The position numbers were made by a program, and so were the translations under genes. Under the pieces are notes generated by a model. The model did not search any database and was not told the origin of the DNA. It saw only the letters and a list, made by a program, of their open reading frames with translations. Below are positions 1-8,687 of a DNA stretch of 64,000 nt, piece by piece (the stretch's first letter is position 1; each line of letters starts with the position of its first letter). Source of the DNA: an uncultured Mariniphaga sp. (GTDB lineage: Bacteria; Bacteroidota; Bacteroidia; Bacteroidales; Prolixibacteraceae); the NCBI GenBank assembly GCA_964408795.1, contig CAYPAW010000058.1, forward strand, positions 7,018 through 71,017. Reading direction: 5' to 3'.

Positions 1-1
1 C

Positions 2-2620
2 ATTCTGTATGAGGTTTTTAGGAAACACTCCGGCACAAAAGAAAACTTTGACTCATTCTATTTCTGGGGAGAAGTATTACTATCCGATTTTGAAGATATA
101 GATAAATACCTGGTAGAGGCAATTTCTCTGTTTCAGAATATTGCAGACCTGAAAGAAGCAAGCTCCCGGTTTGATTTTCTGGAAGAAGCACAAAAGGAGG
201 TTTTATTGCGATTTTGGGGTAGCCTGGGCAAATGGGAAACCTTTAAAAACCAGGAGGAATTTCTCCGGATATGGCGTATCCTGGGACCGGTATACCACGA
301 CTTCCGAGAAAGACTGGTTCAGGAACAGATCGCCGATGAGGGCATGATCTTTCGTCAGGTGGCAGAGAAAATCCGCTCCGGAGAAGGAATTCCCCTGGCT
401 TTTAACCGGTATTATATCATTGGACTGAATGCGCTTAATGCCTGCGAAAAAGAGGTGCTGACCTATCTGAAAAATGCAGGAAAAGGAGTTTTCCTCTGGG
501 ATTACGACGAAGTATACCGGAAGGATCCTAAAAACGAAGCTGGTTTTTTCATCCGCCAAAACCTTGCAGCCTATCAACCCCCGGAAGATTTTTCTCCCTG
601 GAAAGAGGGATTCAATACCGAAAAGAAAATTCAGTTTTTTTCCGTGGCTTCCCTAAACGGACAGGCACAGATCCTCCCTCAGATACTAGAAAACTCAGAT
701 CAGTCGTTTGATCATACAGCCCTGGTATTGGCAGATGAATCCCTGCTTTTTCCTGTTCTGGGTGCAATTCCTGAATCGGTTGCATCGGTCAATGTGACCA
801 TGGGGTATCCGGTAAGAAACGCCTCAGTGTATGGGTTGGTATCCCTCCTGGGTAACCTGATGAACAACTCAGGCAGAGAAAATGCTCCGGAAACCGGCTT
901 TTACCACCGGCTGGTATTTGATATTCTCAACCATCAGTTACTGGGTGAGATTGAAACACAGAAAATTCGCGAATTCCAGGAAACGGCCAGGATACAAAAT
1001 AAAATTTATCTAAACCCGGAGGATCTGTATTTTTCCCCACTGCATAAACGAATCTTCAGCATCCCACGGAAAGTTTCGGAATACGGAGCCTATTTCAGAG
1101 ACGTCTTAAAAACATTGTATTTCCATGTGAAGGGACAACGACCTGATAACAAAGTTCTTCCTGAGCTGATTGTCGGTATTTATCAGGCCTTTGAAAAACT
1201 GGAAACTACCTTGTCGGAGGTGGAATCTTCCGGGAATCTTGAAATCAGCATTCCGGTTTTTTTCCGGTTGCTGCATCAGTACCTGCGTCAGGTTTCCGTA
1301 TCCTTTGAAGGAGAACCTCTCAAAGGATTGCAGGTTATGGGAATCCTTGAAACCCGATGCCTTGATTTTTCCAATGTGGTCATCCTGGGATTCAATGAAG
1401 ATTTCTGGCCCCGTTCCTCCCTGGCACCCTCTTTTATTCCCTATGATCTGAGGCTTGCGTTCGGACTTCCCACCATTGACAACCAGGAGGCAATGTACGC
1501 CTACTATTTTTACAGGCTGATTCAACGGGCTGAAAACATTACCGCAACATACAACACCGTGAAAGAAGGAATACGAAGCGGTGAAATTAGCCGCTACGGA
1601 TATCAGCTGATCTACGATTCCAAACACACCGTACACCAGAAAAACCTGGAATTTAGGTTCCGAAGCCAGGAGATGAAAAAACTGAACGTTCAATCTTCAG
1701 AGGAAATAATTCATTCCCTGGTAAAACGATTTACCCTTGAAAAACCTCTCTCCCCAAGTGCCCTGAATACCTACATTGGCTGTAAATACCGGTTTTATCT
1801 TCAATACGTGGCCGGACTTCCGGAGAGCAAGAAAATAGCTGAGGAGGTCGACAGCCGGTTGTTTGGAAATATTTTTCACCAGGCAGTGGAACAGGTATAT
1901 AACCTGGCTGGCCATACCGTTACCCCTGAATGGATCGATAAAATGCTCAACGAAAAAAAGGCTGTAGACCAGGCCGTACAAAAAGCGTATGCAAAAGAAT
2001 TTTTCAAAACAGACCATCCCTCAAAGATCCGTTTTGATGGAAGTACCCGCCTTTCGTATGAATTTATCCGGACCTATTTGCAGCAACTCCTCAAAGTCGA
2101 CCGTGAGCTCGCACCTTTCGACTTAATCTCACTGGAGAAAAAATATATCCGGATGCAGAAGGTAACCGTTCACGATAGGGTCCTGCAAATTCCTCTGGGA
2201 GGCAGAATCGACCGTTTAGACCGGGTCAGGGGAACGCTTCGTGTAATCGACTATAAAACGGGTTTCGTTAAATCCTTATCCTTCAGCCAGGTAGATCAAC
2301 TGTTTGACGGTAGCCAGAAAGATCAGAAAAAAGAAGCCTTCCAGGCATTCCTCTACGGACTGATCATACGGGAACACTTCCCCGGCGAATCCATACGCCC
2401 GGGTATCTATATACTGCGGAAATTATTCGGCAACAACTATAATCCCTATTTTAAAATAAACCATAAAGAACTTTCCCTTGATGATGTTGTTGATCCCCTT
2501 GAAGAAAACCTGGCCCTTCTGTTAAAGGAACTCTATTCCCCGGAGAATACCTTTACCCAGACAGAAATTACCGAACATTGTCTGACCTGTCCCTACAAAA
2601 TCATTTGCCACAGGGAGTAG
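2..2620 (+). CDS. PD-(D/E)XK nuclease family protein (AddB/RecB-like), 5' end outside window
   Basis: Frame is open from base 2 through the listed Met at 206. C-terminal nuclease motif GGRIDRLDRV...LRVIDYKTG, plus a Cys cluster (GCKYRF ... CLTCPYKIIC) as in AddB/Cas4-type Fe-S nucleases. Confidence 0.75.
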   Translation: MLYEVFRKHSGTKENFDSFYFWGEVLLSDFEDIDKYLVEAISLFQNIADLKEASSRFDFLEEAQKEVLLRFWGSLGKWETFKNQEEFLRIWRILGPVYHDFRERLVQEQIADEGMIFRQVAEKIRSGEGIPLAFNRYYIIGLNALNACEKEVLTYLKNAGKGVFLWDYDEVYRKDPKNEAGFFIRQNLAAYQPPEDFSPWKEGFNTEKKIQFFSVASLNGQAQILPQILENSDQSFDHTALVLADESLLFPVLGAIPESVASVNVTMGYPVRNASVYGLVSLLGNLMNNSGRENAPETGFYHRLVFDILNHQLLGEIETQKIREFQETARIQNKIYLNPEDLYFSPLHKRIFSIPRKVSEYGAYFRDVLKTLYFHVKGQRPDNKVLPELIVGIYQAFEKLETTLSEVESSGNLEISIPVFFRLLHQYLRQVSVSFEGEPLKGLQVMGILETRCLDFSNVVILGFNEDFWPRSSLAPSFIPYDLRLAFGLPTIDNQEAMYAYYFYRLIQRAENITATYNTVKEGIRSGEISRYGYQLIYDSKHTVHQKNLEFRFRSQEMKKLNVQSSEEIIHSLVKRFTLEKPLSPSALNTYIGCKYRFYLQYVAGLPESKKIAEEVDSRLFGNIFHQAVEQVYNLAGHTVTPEWIDKMLNEKKAVDQAVQKAYAKEFFKTDHPSKIRFDGSTRLSYEFIRTYLQQLLKVDRELAPFDLISLEKKYIRMQKVTVHDRVLQIPLGGRIDRLDRVRGTLRVIDYKTGFVKSLSFSQVDQLFDGSQKDQKKEAFQAFLYGLIIREHFPGESIRPGIYILRKLFGNNYNPYFKINHKELSLDDVVDPLEENLALLLKELYSPENTFTQTEITEHCLTCPYKIICHRE

Positions 2621-2649
2621 AAAATAGAAACATAAAGTAGTTATGAGGG

Positions 2650-2717
2650 GATATTCAGATATTTGGATATTCAGATATTCAGATTTTCAGATTTTCGGAT
2701 TCTCGGATGTTCAGATG
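2650..2717. repeat. Tandem 8-mer array GATNTTCR x8 (gatattca gatatttg gatattca gatattca gattttca gattttcg gattctcg gatgttca gatg)
   Basis: Read directly; starts 30 nt after the stop codon at 2618-2620. The same 8-mer array recurs at 10472-10514. Confidence 0.9.
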
Positions 2718-2757
2718 AATAAAACCAGGAGAAGTGATACGGTGGAGGAGTGAAAAG

Positions 2758-2800
2758 GGGAAAGGGAAAGGGAAAGAATCAAGAATCAAGAACCAGGAGC
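2758..2800. repeat. GGGAAA x3 followed by heptamers GAATCAA GAATCAA GAACCAG GAGC
   Basis: Read directly. The heptamer family GARYCAR also occurs at 10405-10462, 13310-13365 and 28069-28085. Confidence 0.85.
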
Positions 2801-3072
2801 ATTGATTCCGACGCAGTCGAAAACATTCTGCCTAAGAAAAAATGCGTACAAAAAATGAATGAAGTGGAGCGCCCGATCCGGCAGCCGCCGGACTGTTTGA
2901 GTCCGGCAGGACAAATGGGGCTTGGGGCAACGCCCCAGAACAAGCAATCAACAAGACGAGTTGCGAATCCTGAGCCCGAAGAAAAAGTGGTCACCAGAAT
3001 AAAAACAACTCAAAAAAAAGGTCAGCGCTGTTCAGGCGTGGTTTTCATGGTTCTTATGTTCCTGACGAACCA

Positions 3073-3108
3073 TTTATAATATAATTTATAATATAATTTA
3101 TAATATAT
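3073..3108. repeat. 12-nt tandem repeat tttataatataa x3 (third copy ends in t)
   Basis: Read directly, in the AT-rich region upstream of the 3271 gene. Confidence 0.85.
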
Positions 3109-3270
3109 AAGATAATCAAGGACATACATGCCCGAAATCAACAATCCCAACTGCATTGAAAAACAATCCGCTTAAGACAAATGCAAAAAAAATCAAAAAA
3201 ATCTTGTCTTTTAAAATCCTATTTTTTACTTTTATTTCATCAAAACCCAAAAAACCGTTGATCATTTAAA

Positions 3271-5625
3271 ATGAAAACCCGCATCAGCATACCAAACACA
3301 TGCATTCATTTTCACCATTCGCTGCGAATTTTTTCTTTAATCGGGATTTTTGCATTTTCTTCTTTGACAACCCCGGCCCAATTGGCTCCTGGAGATATCG
3401 TCTTTACCGGGTATAATTCCGATGATCCGGATCAATTTTCATTTTTGGCAACAACAAGCATTTCCGGGGGAGAGGTCATTTATTTCACCGACCGGGGATA
3501 CGCCGATGAGATACCAGGCTGGACAACGGCGGAAGGAATCCTGAAATATACTGTGCCTCCGGCAGGATTAACAACCGGAGACATGATCGTCATTGAAAAT
3601 GACGGGGGATGGACTATCCTTCAGGGTTCCGGATCCATTGAAAGTGTTAGCGGAAATTTCTCCCTTGCTAATACCGGAGACCAGATCTTTGCTTTCCAGA
3701 CAGAAGACACAGAAAATTATTCCCCATTTTTTGTGGCTGGTATTCATTGCAATTATGAAAAAGAGGCAGGAGAAGAAAATGGCATTACCGATCAGGAAAA
3801 CTGGGATCATGTGACTGCTGCAAACAGCGACAATGCCATGTCGGATCTTCCGGATGACCTGACCCATGGTACGGATGCTCTCTGGTTCCACGGCGAGTAC
3901 GGGACGGGGAGAAAATACGAATTCGACAACGGGAAATACAACAATACCATTACCCAGGGAACGAAGACGGAGATTGCAACCCATGCCAATGCAATCGCCA
4001 ACTGGGCGGGAGATAATTCAATACCTTTTACCCTTGGTTATCCCCTATCCACGGCCACTGTTGTTTCCGGCACCTGGAATGAATCTTCCACCTGGGACAA
4101 CGGCATCCCCGGAAAAACAACCGATGTTACAATTCGTCATGCTACCACTGTCATCGCCGATGGCGTGATCCACAGTGGGATGGTCGCACCGGGAGGTCAT
4201 CTGGGAATTCAGCCGGAAATCACCTTTACCTGCACCGACCTTCTGACCATTCAGTCGGATGACTCCCAAAGCGGATCTCTGATCCCGGAAGGAACGCTTG
4301 TTGCTGAAGTTTCCTGTGAACGCTTCCTTCACGGCGACAGGTGGCATCTGGTAACCCCGCCGGTAAGCGGTCAGGAAATTGCTTCCTTTTTGATGGATGC
4401 CGCGAACAACATCCCCCTGGACGGCAGCAACCGGGCTATAATGAACTTTGATACCCCTTCCAACAACTGGACCCCTTACTTCACCGATGTTACACCGGGC
4501 ACCTTTGTCTCAGGAGAGGGCTATGCCATTCAACGGGAAACCGGGGGAACAGTGACCTTTCGGGGAACCGTCCTCACCGGCCCCGTGGAAGTCACGGTTT
4601 CCAATGAAGGAGAAAGATGGAACCTCACAGGCAACCCCTACCCTTCCGCCATCCATGTTACGCAGGCCGCCCATGAAACCCATAATTTCCTCAACCAAAA
4701 CAGCAGCAGCCTCGATCCAAGCTATACAGCACTCTACCTGTGGGATGAACAGGAGTTCTATTCCGGTAACCGGAATGACTATAAGATCATCAACAATGCC
4801 GGTTCAGGATCCCTGGTCCAGAATTACCTCCAAAGCGGTCAGGGCTTCTTTGTGAAAACCCGGGAAGGAGCTTCCAAAATAACCTTCACCAAAGAGATGC
4901 GAACCAATGAAACCGGGACAGCCTACAAAGCCGGAGAAGAAACCTGGCCGGAGATCCTTATTACCCTTCACACAGAAGACAAAACAGCAACAACTACCCT
5001 GCTCTTTAACAGGAACATGACCCCCGGTCTGGATGTGGGGTATGACGCCGGAGCATTTCAGCTATGTGAAGATCTCTTCCTCTATTCAAGACTTATGGTG
5101 GACAACGGAGTAGATTTTGCCATTCAGTGCCTGCCCAACGATTTTGAGAATCCCCTTACCATCCCACTGGGAGCAGAAACCCCTGAATGGTCAGAGGCTG
5201 AATTTTCCGTGCAGAGAAAAGAATGGCCTCCGGAGACGGACATCATCCTGGAAGACAGACTGAATCAGGTTTCCATCTTCTGCAGCGAAACCAATGAACC
5301 CTACAAAACGATTTTGCGTGAACCCGGTACGGGAAGGTTCTTCCTGCATGTGGGAAACCACTTAACGGCCTCTTTGCCAACCTACCCGGATAACCTGACC
5401 GTGCTTCCGGTGCCTGCAAAAAATACCCTCATCCTTTCCGGAGTGTACGGCAAAAAAATACATCTCAGGGTGTATGACCTTTCCGGTAGAATGGTAGCTG
5501 AAACCATGCCAACAGGGGAAGGAAAAATAAAAATGCATTTCGCGGACCAGAAGAACGGAATCTATATTCTTTGTATGAAAACTAAGGATCGTTTAATACA
5601 TAAAAAATTCCTTTGGGCGAGATAA
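3271..5625 (+). CDS. Secreted protein with T9SS type A C-terminal sorting domain
   Basis: N-terminal signal-like segment (LIGIFAFSSLTTPAQ). The C-terminal ~80 aa (TLILSGVYGKKIHLRVYDLSGRMVAE...NGIYILCMKTKDRLIHKKF) match the Por/T9SS CTD pattern. Confidence 0.8.
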   Translation: MKTRISIPNTCIHFHHSLRIFSLIGIFAFSSLTTPAQLAPGDIVFTGYNSDDPDQFSFLATTSISGGEVIYFTDRGYADEIPGWTTAEGILKYTVPPAGLTTGDMIVIENDGGWTILQGSGSIESVSGNFSLANTGDQIFAFQTEDTENYSPFFVAGIHCNYEKEAGEENGITDQENWDHVTAANSDNAMSDLPDDLTHGTDALWFHGEYGTGRKYEFDNGKYNNTITQGTKTEIATHANAIANWAGDNSIPFTLGYPLSTATVVSGTWNESSTWDNGIPGKTTDVTIRHATTVIADGVIHSGMVAPGGHLGIQPEITFTCTDLLTIQSDDSQSGSLIPEGTLVAEVSCERFLHGDRWHLVTPPVSGQEIASFLMDAANNIPLDGSNRAIMNFDTPSNNWTPYFTDVTPGTFVSGEGYAIQRETGGTVTFRGTVLTGPVEVTVSNEGERWNLTGNPYPSAIHVTQAAHETHNFLNQNSSSLDPSYTALYLWDEQEFYSGNRNDYKIINNAGSGSLVQNYLQSGQGFFVKTREGASKITFTKEMRTNETGTAYKAGEETWPEILITLHTEDKTATTTLLFNRNMTPGLDVGYDAGAFQLCEDLFLYSRLMVDNGVDFAIQCLPNDFENPLTIPLGAETPEWSEAEFSVQRKEWPPETDIILEDRLNQVSIFCSETNEPYKTILREPGTGRFFLHVGNHLTASLPTYPDNLTVLPVPAKNTLILSGVYGKKIHLRVYDLSGRMVAETMPTGEGKIKMHFADQKNGIYILCMKTKDRLIHKKFLWAR

Positions 5626-5765
5626 TCCGGAAACCGGAAACGAAAGCCTGGAAACCAAATTGCGAAAGAGGGAGCCGAAGGAGGTTAATTAACAAAAGAA
5701 AAAAGTAGATTAAAAAAGCAACAAAACAGAAATACGGATTTAACACAGGATCAGACAACAACTGA

Positions 5766-5942
5766 ATGAACAAACAACCAAAGAAAGAAGAAAACAAAGG
5801 GGAAAAGGATATCACCCGGCGAAAAGCCTTGAAGAAAGCCGGGAAATATAGTGTGTGGACAGCCTCGGTGATGTTGACAGTGCTTAGTCCCAAGGCATCT
5901 CAGGCAACCTCACCGGTACCACCACCACCCCCCAAATGGTGA
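5766..5942 (+). CDS. Small ORF (58 aa) not in the ORF track: MNKQPKKEENKGEKDITRRKALKKAGKYSVWTASVMLTVLSPKASQATSPVPPPPPKW
   Basis: Hand translation ATG 5766 to TGA 5940-5942. It has a TAT/Sec-like leader (RRKALKK, a hydrophobic stretch, ASQA), then an 11-aa Pro-rich tail, and is followed by a strong terminator at 5992-6046. Confidence 0.4.
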   Translation: MNKQPKKEENKGEKDITRRKALKKAGKYSVWTASVMLTVLSPKASQATSPVPPPPPKW

Positions 5943-5991
5943 ACAAAGGATCGCATTATTGGAATGGAAAGTCATTCCCTCAAACAACCCC

Positions 5992-6046
5992 GGAGCCCTT
6001 TGCTTCTGAAAGCTTAAAGCGGAAAGAAGAGAGGGCTCCTTTTTTT
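5992..6046 (+). terminator. Rho-independent terminator candidate
   Basis: ggagccct (5992-5999) pairs with agggctcc (6032-6039). An inner cttct/agaag pairing extends the stem, and seven T follow (6040-6046). Confidence 0.6.
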
Positions 6047-6244
6047 AGAAGAAGAATAAGGGGTTGTCGTAGTCGTTAAAATCTGTTTTAACTAAATTGG
6101 AAATGTTCGTGCAGTTATGACTGCCTATCCACAGGTTCTACAGCATATCCGAATTAGCCAGGGTAGCCTGATTTTGCAAAGTTATCACTATCATACTATT
6201 TGCTTATTACAAACAATGACAACGATGACAACTGATTCATACTT

Positions 6245-7801
6245 TTACTTTGCATAGTTCACCGACCGGGTTTCGCGGATCACGGTGATTTTGATCTGCC
6301 CGGGGTAAGTCATCTCATCCTGAATTCTTTTGGCGATATCGTACGACAGCTGTTCAGCTTCCTGATCGCTGATCTTATCGGCACCGGCGATCACTCTCAG
6401 TTCCCGGCCGGCCTGTATGGCATAGGTTTTCATCACCCCCGGGTACGAAAGAGCCAGGTCTTCGAGGTCTTTCAGTCGTTTTATGTAGGACTCCACGACC
6501 TCACGGCGGGCTCCCGGACGAGCTCCTGAGATGGCATCGCATACCTGAACAATCGGAGCCAACAGGGTCTGCATTTCCGTCTCATCATGGTGAGCACCTA
6601 TGGCATTGATCACATCCGGTTTCTCCTTGTATTTCTCAGCCAGCTTCATGCCCAGGATGGCGTGGGGCAGCTCTGGTTCATCATCGGGCACCTTGCCAAT
6701 ATCGTGCAATAAGCCGGCCCGCTTGGCTTTCTTGGGATTCAGTCCCAGTTCCGAAGCCATCACAGCACTCAGGTTAGCTACCTCACGTGAATGCTGAAGG
6801 AGATTCTGTCCGTAGGATGACCGGTATTTCATCTTCCCGATGAGCCGTATCAGCTCAGGATGCATGCCATGGATCCCCAGGTCGATGGTCGTACGTTTCC
6901 CGGTTTCAATGATCTCTTCCTCGAGTTGCTTTTTCACTTTGTTGACGACCTCTTCGATGCGTGCCGGATGAATCCGCCCGTCGGTGACCAACTGGTGAAG
7001 CGCCAGGCGGGCTATCTCCCGACGCACCGGATCAAAAGCAGAGAGCACAATGGCTTCGGGAGTATCATCCACAATGATCTCCACACCCGTTGCTGCCTCC
7101 AATGCCCGGATGTTCCTCCCTTCACGACCGATAATCCGCCCTTTGATCTCATCGCTCTCAATATGAAAGATCGTAACTGCATTCTCAATGGCCGTCTCGG
7201 TAGCTACCCGCTGTATCGACTTCACCACCACCTTCTTAGCCTCCTTGTTGGCTGTCTGCTTGGCTTCCTCCACAATCTCGTTAATGAAAGCCATGGCTTC
7301 CGAGCGGGCCTCCTCCTTCAGGGATTCCACAAGCTGAGCCTTGGCCTCTTCGGCTGACAGGCCTGATAAAACCTCCAGCTTATCGACCTGCTGACGATGA
7401 AGTTTTGCCAGTTCCTCGTTCTTTTGCTCCAGTACGGCCAGCTGGTTGTTCAGGTTCTCACGGATGGCATCGTTATCCTTCCGGGTGATCTCAAATTCCC
7501 GGATCCGGCGCTGCAGATCTTCCCTCCGCTGGTTTAGCGAGACCTCCTTCTGATTCAACCGGTTCTCCTGAGCATTTATCTTGCTGTTCTTCTCATGGAT
7601 GAATTTCTCGTGTTCGGTCTTCAACTGAAAAAATTTCTCCTTGGCCTGAAGGATCTTGTCTTTTTTGATGACTTCACCTTCTGCTTTCGCTTCCTGAAGC
7701 AGTTTGTCCTTTTTCTTCCTCAGCGCCTTATCCCAGATATAATAAGAGAGGAATCCTCCTCCTACAAATCCGGCTGCCACTCCTATAATTATTTCTAACA
7801 T
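6245..7801 (-). CDS. rny: Ribonuclease Y
   Basis: N-terminal TM helix, long coiled coil, KH domain ([15 protein letters not shown]) and HD domain (LLHDIGK ... GAHH). Confidence 0.95.
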   Translation of the reverse strand: MLEIIIGVAAGFVGGGFLSYYIWDKALRKKKDKLLQEAKAEGEVIKKDKILQAKEKFFQLKTEHEKFIHEKNSKINAQENRLNQKEVSLNQRREDLQRRIREFEITRKDNDAIRENLNNQLAVLEQKNEELAKLHRQQVDKLEVLSGLSAEEAKAQLVESLKEEARSEAMAFINEIVEEAKQTANKEAKKVVVKSIQRVATETAIENAVTIFHIESDEIKGRIIGREGRNIRALEAATGVEIIVDDTPEAIVLSAFDPVRREIARLALHQLVTDGRIHPARIEEVVNKVKKQLEEEIIETGKRTTIDLGIHGMHPELIRLIGKMKYRSSYGQNLLQHSREVANLSAVMASELGLNPKKAKRAGLLHDIGKVPDDEPELPHAILGMKLAEKYKEKPDVINAIGAHHDETEMQTLLAPIVQVCDAISGARPGARREVVESYIKRLKDLEDLALSYPGVMKTYAIQAGRELRVIAGADKISDQEAEQLSYDIAKRIQDEMTYPGQIKITVIRETRSVNYAK

Positions 7802-7823
7802 CTTTTTTATTTTACGTTAAACC

Positions 7824-7880
7824 TAAAAAAAAACCGCAAACTACCCCCCGGTGACGAACCGGAGACGGTAACATGCGGTT
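7824..7880 (-). terminator. Hairpin plus U-run between zapA and rny
   Basis: aaccgca (7832-7838) pairs with tgcggtt (7874-7880), with a nested ccggt/accgg hairpin. On the minus strand the stem is followed by a T-run (complement of the A-run 7824-7833). Confidence 0.55.
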
Positions 7881-7903
7881 TTTCGATATGATACAGTCGA
7901 AGC

Positions 7904-8203
7904 TTATACCCTGGTCTTCCTGTTCAGAAAACCGGTTACATCCTCGTTTACATTTCGTATTTCGTCCAGGAGAAGATCGTATTTTTCCTCTTTTTTCTCG
8001 TTCAGATATTTCAGTGCAAATTGAAAAGCAGCCATTGCCAAAATATCCTGTGAATCCTTGTCTGCATACTGGCTCTTAAAAAGCAAAACCATGTCGTTCA
8101 GTATTTTTGCAGCATGCCTGTACTTCTCCTCATCCTTTCGTTCGACAACCAACGGGTATCCCCTGTTGCCGATCACTATATTTATTGAAAGTTTGTCTTT
8201 CAT
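7904..8203 (-). CDS. zapA: Cell division protein ZapA
   Basis: 99 aa; the ZapA-like N-terminus (INIVIGNRGYPLVVERKDEEKYRHAAKILND) and its position upstream of rny are typical for Bacteroidota. Confidence 0.8.
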   Translation of the reverse strand: MKDKLSINIVIGNRGYPLVVERKDEEKYRHAAKILNDMVLLFKSQYADKDSQDILAMAAFQFALKYLNEKKEEKYDLLLDEIRNVNEDVTGFLNRKTRV

Positions 8204-8210
8204 GCAACCA

Positions 8211-8504
8211 TTACTTATTCAGCAATGCGATACATTTATCGATTTCCCGCAATAATTTATTAACCTTTTTTCTGGCTACCTGTTTATCTTCGTATCCAGA
8301 TTTCCAATAGCCAGCTATCCGAAGGTTTTCATATTTCTCAGCCAGTTTGGATTTTTCTTCCTCAAGAACTGCTAACTTCTGTTTCAAATCCCGGATGGTT
8401 TCCCCGAGTTGGCGGTTTTCATTTTCCACCGCCTCATAGAGAGCAAACAACTCGGCTATCCTGGTTTTCAATTCCCTGATGAGATTCAAATCATCTCTGG
8501 CCAT
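8211..8504 (-). CDS. Coiled-coil protein (ZapB-like, hypothetical)
   Basis: 97 aa, heptad-rich (LGETIRDLKQKLAVLEEEKSKLAEKYENL), immediately upstream of zapA on the same strand. Confidence 0.6.
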   Translation of the reverse strand: MARDDLNLIRELKTRIAELFALYEAVENENRQLGETIRDLKQKLAVLEEEKSKLAEKYENLRIAGYWKSGYEDKQVARKKVNKLLREIDKCIALLNK

Positions 8505-8594
8505 TTTTGCTGCATTTCCGCAACAAAGGTAATATTTTTAGCGTTCCGTAAAAATCTATCCCCTTCTTTATGGGATAATCTTTTTCACAACCGG

Positions 8595-8602
8595 TATATT
8601 TG
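8595..8602 (+). promoter_or_regulatory. Bacteroidota -7 box TATATTTG (TAnnTTTG)
   Basis: Exact match to the TAnnTTTG consensus, 86 nt upstream of the 8688 start. Confidence 0.4.
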
Positions 8603-8687
8603 TACATTTACCGGGTCGGGCAAAAAACAATCCCGAATCAAACCGGCATTTACCGGTGAACAATTTGTTTGGAATTAAAACACCCAT

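Noticed and set aside
2650-2800. Possible CRISPR array, because of regular short repeats
   Set aside because: Units are only 6-8 nt, directly abutting with no spacers, and there are no cas genes anywhere in the window. These are microsatellite-like arrays, not CRISPR.
2750-3079. 109-aa ORF (and the antisense 71-aa ORF 2779-2994)
   Set aside because: It begins inside the GGGAAA/GAATCAA arrays, has low-complexity basic composition, and has no promoter or recognisable domain. Probably non-coding.
7802-7903. 6S RNA downstream of zapA, as in the E. coli zapA-ssrS arrangement
   Set aside because: The spacer is only about 100 nt and folds as a single nested hairpin with a U-run. It is too short for 6S, and a terminator or attenuator explains it better.
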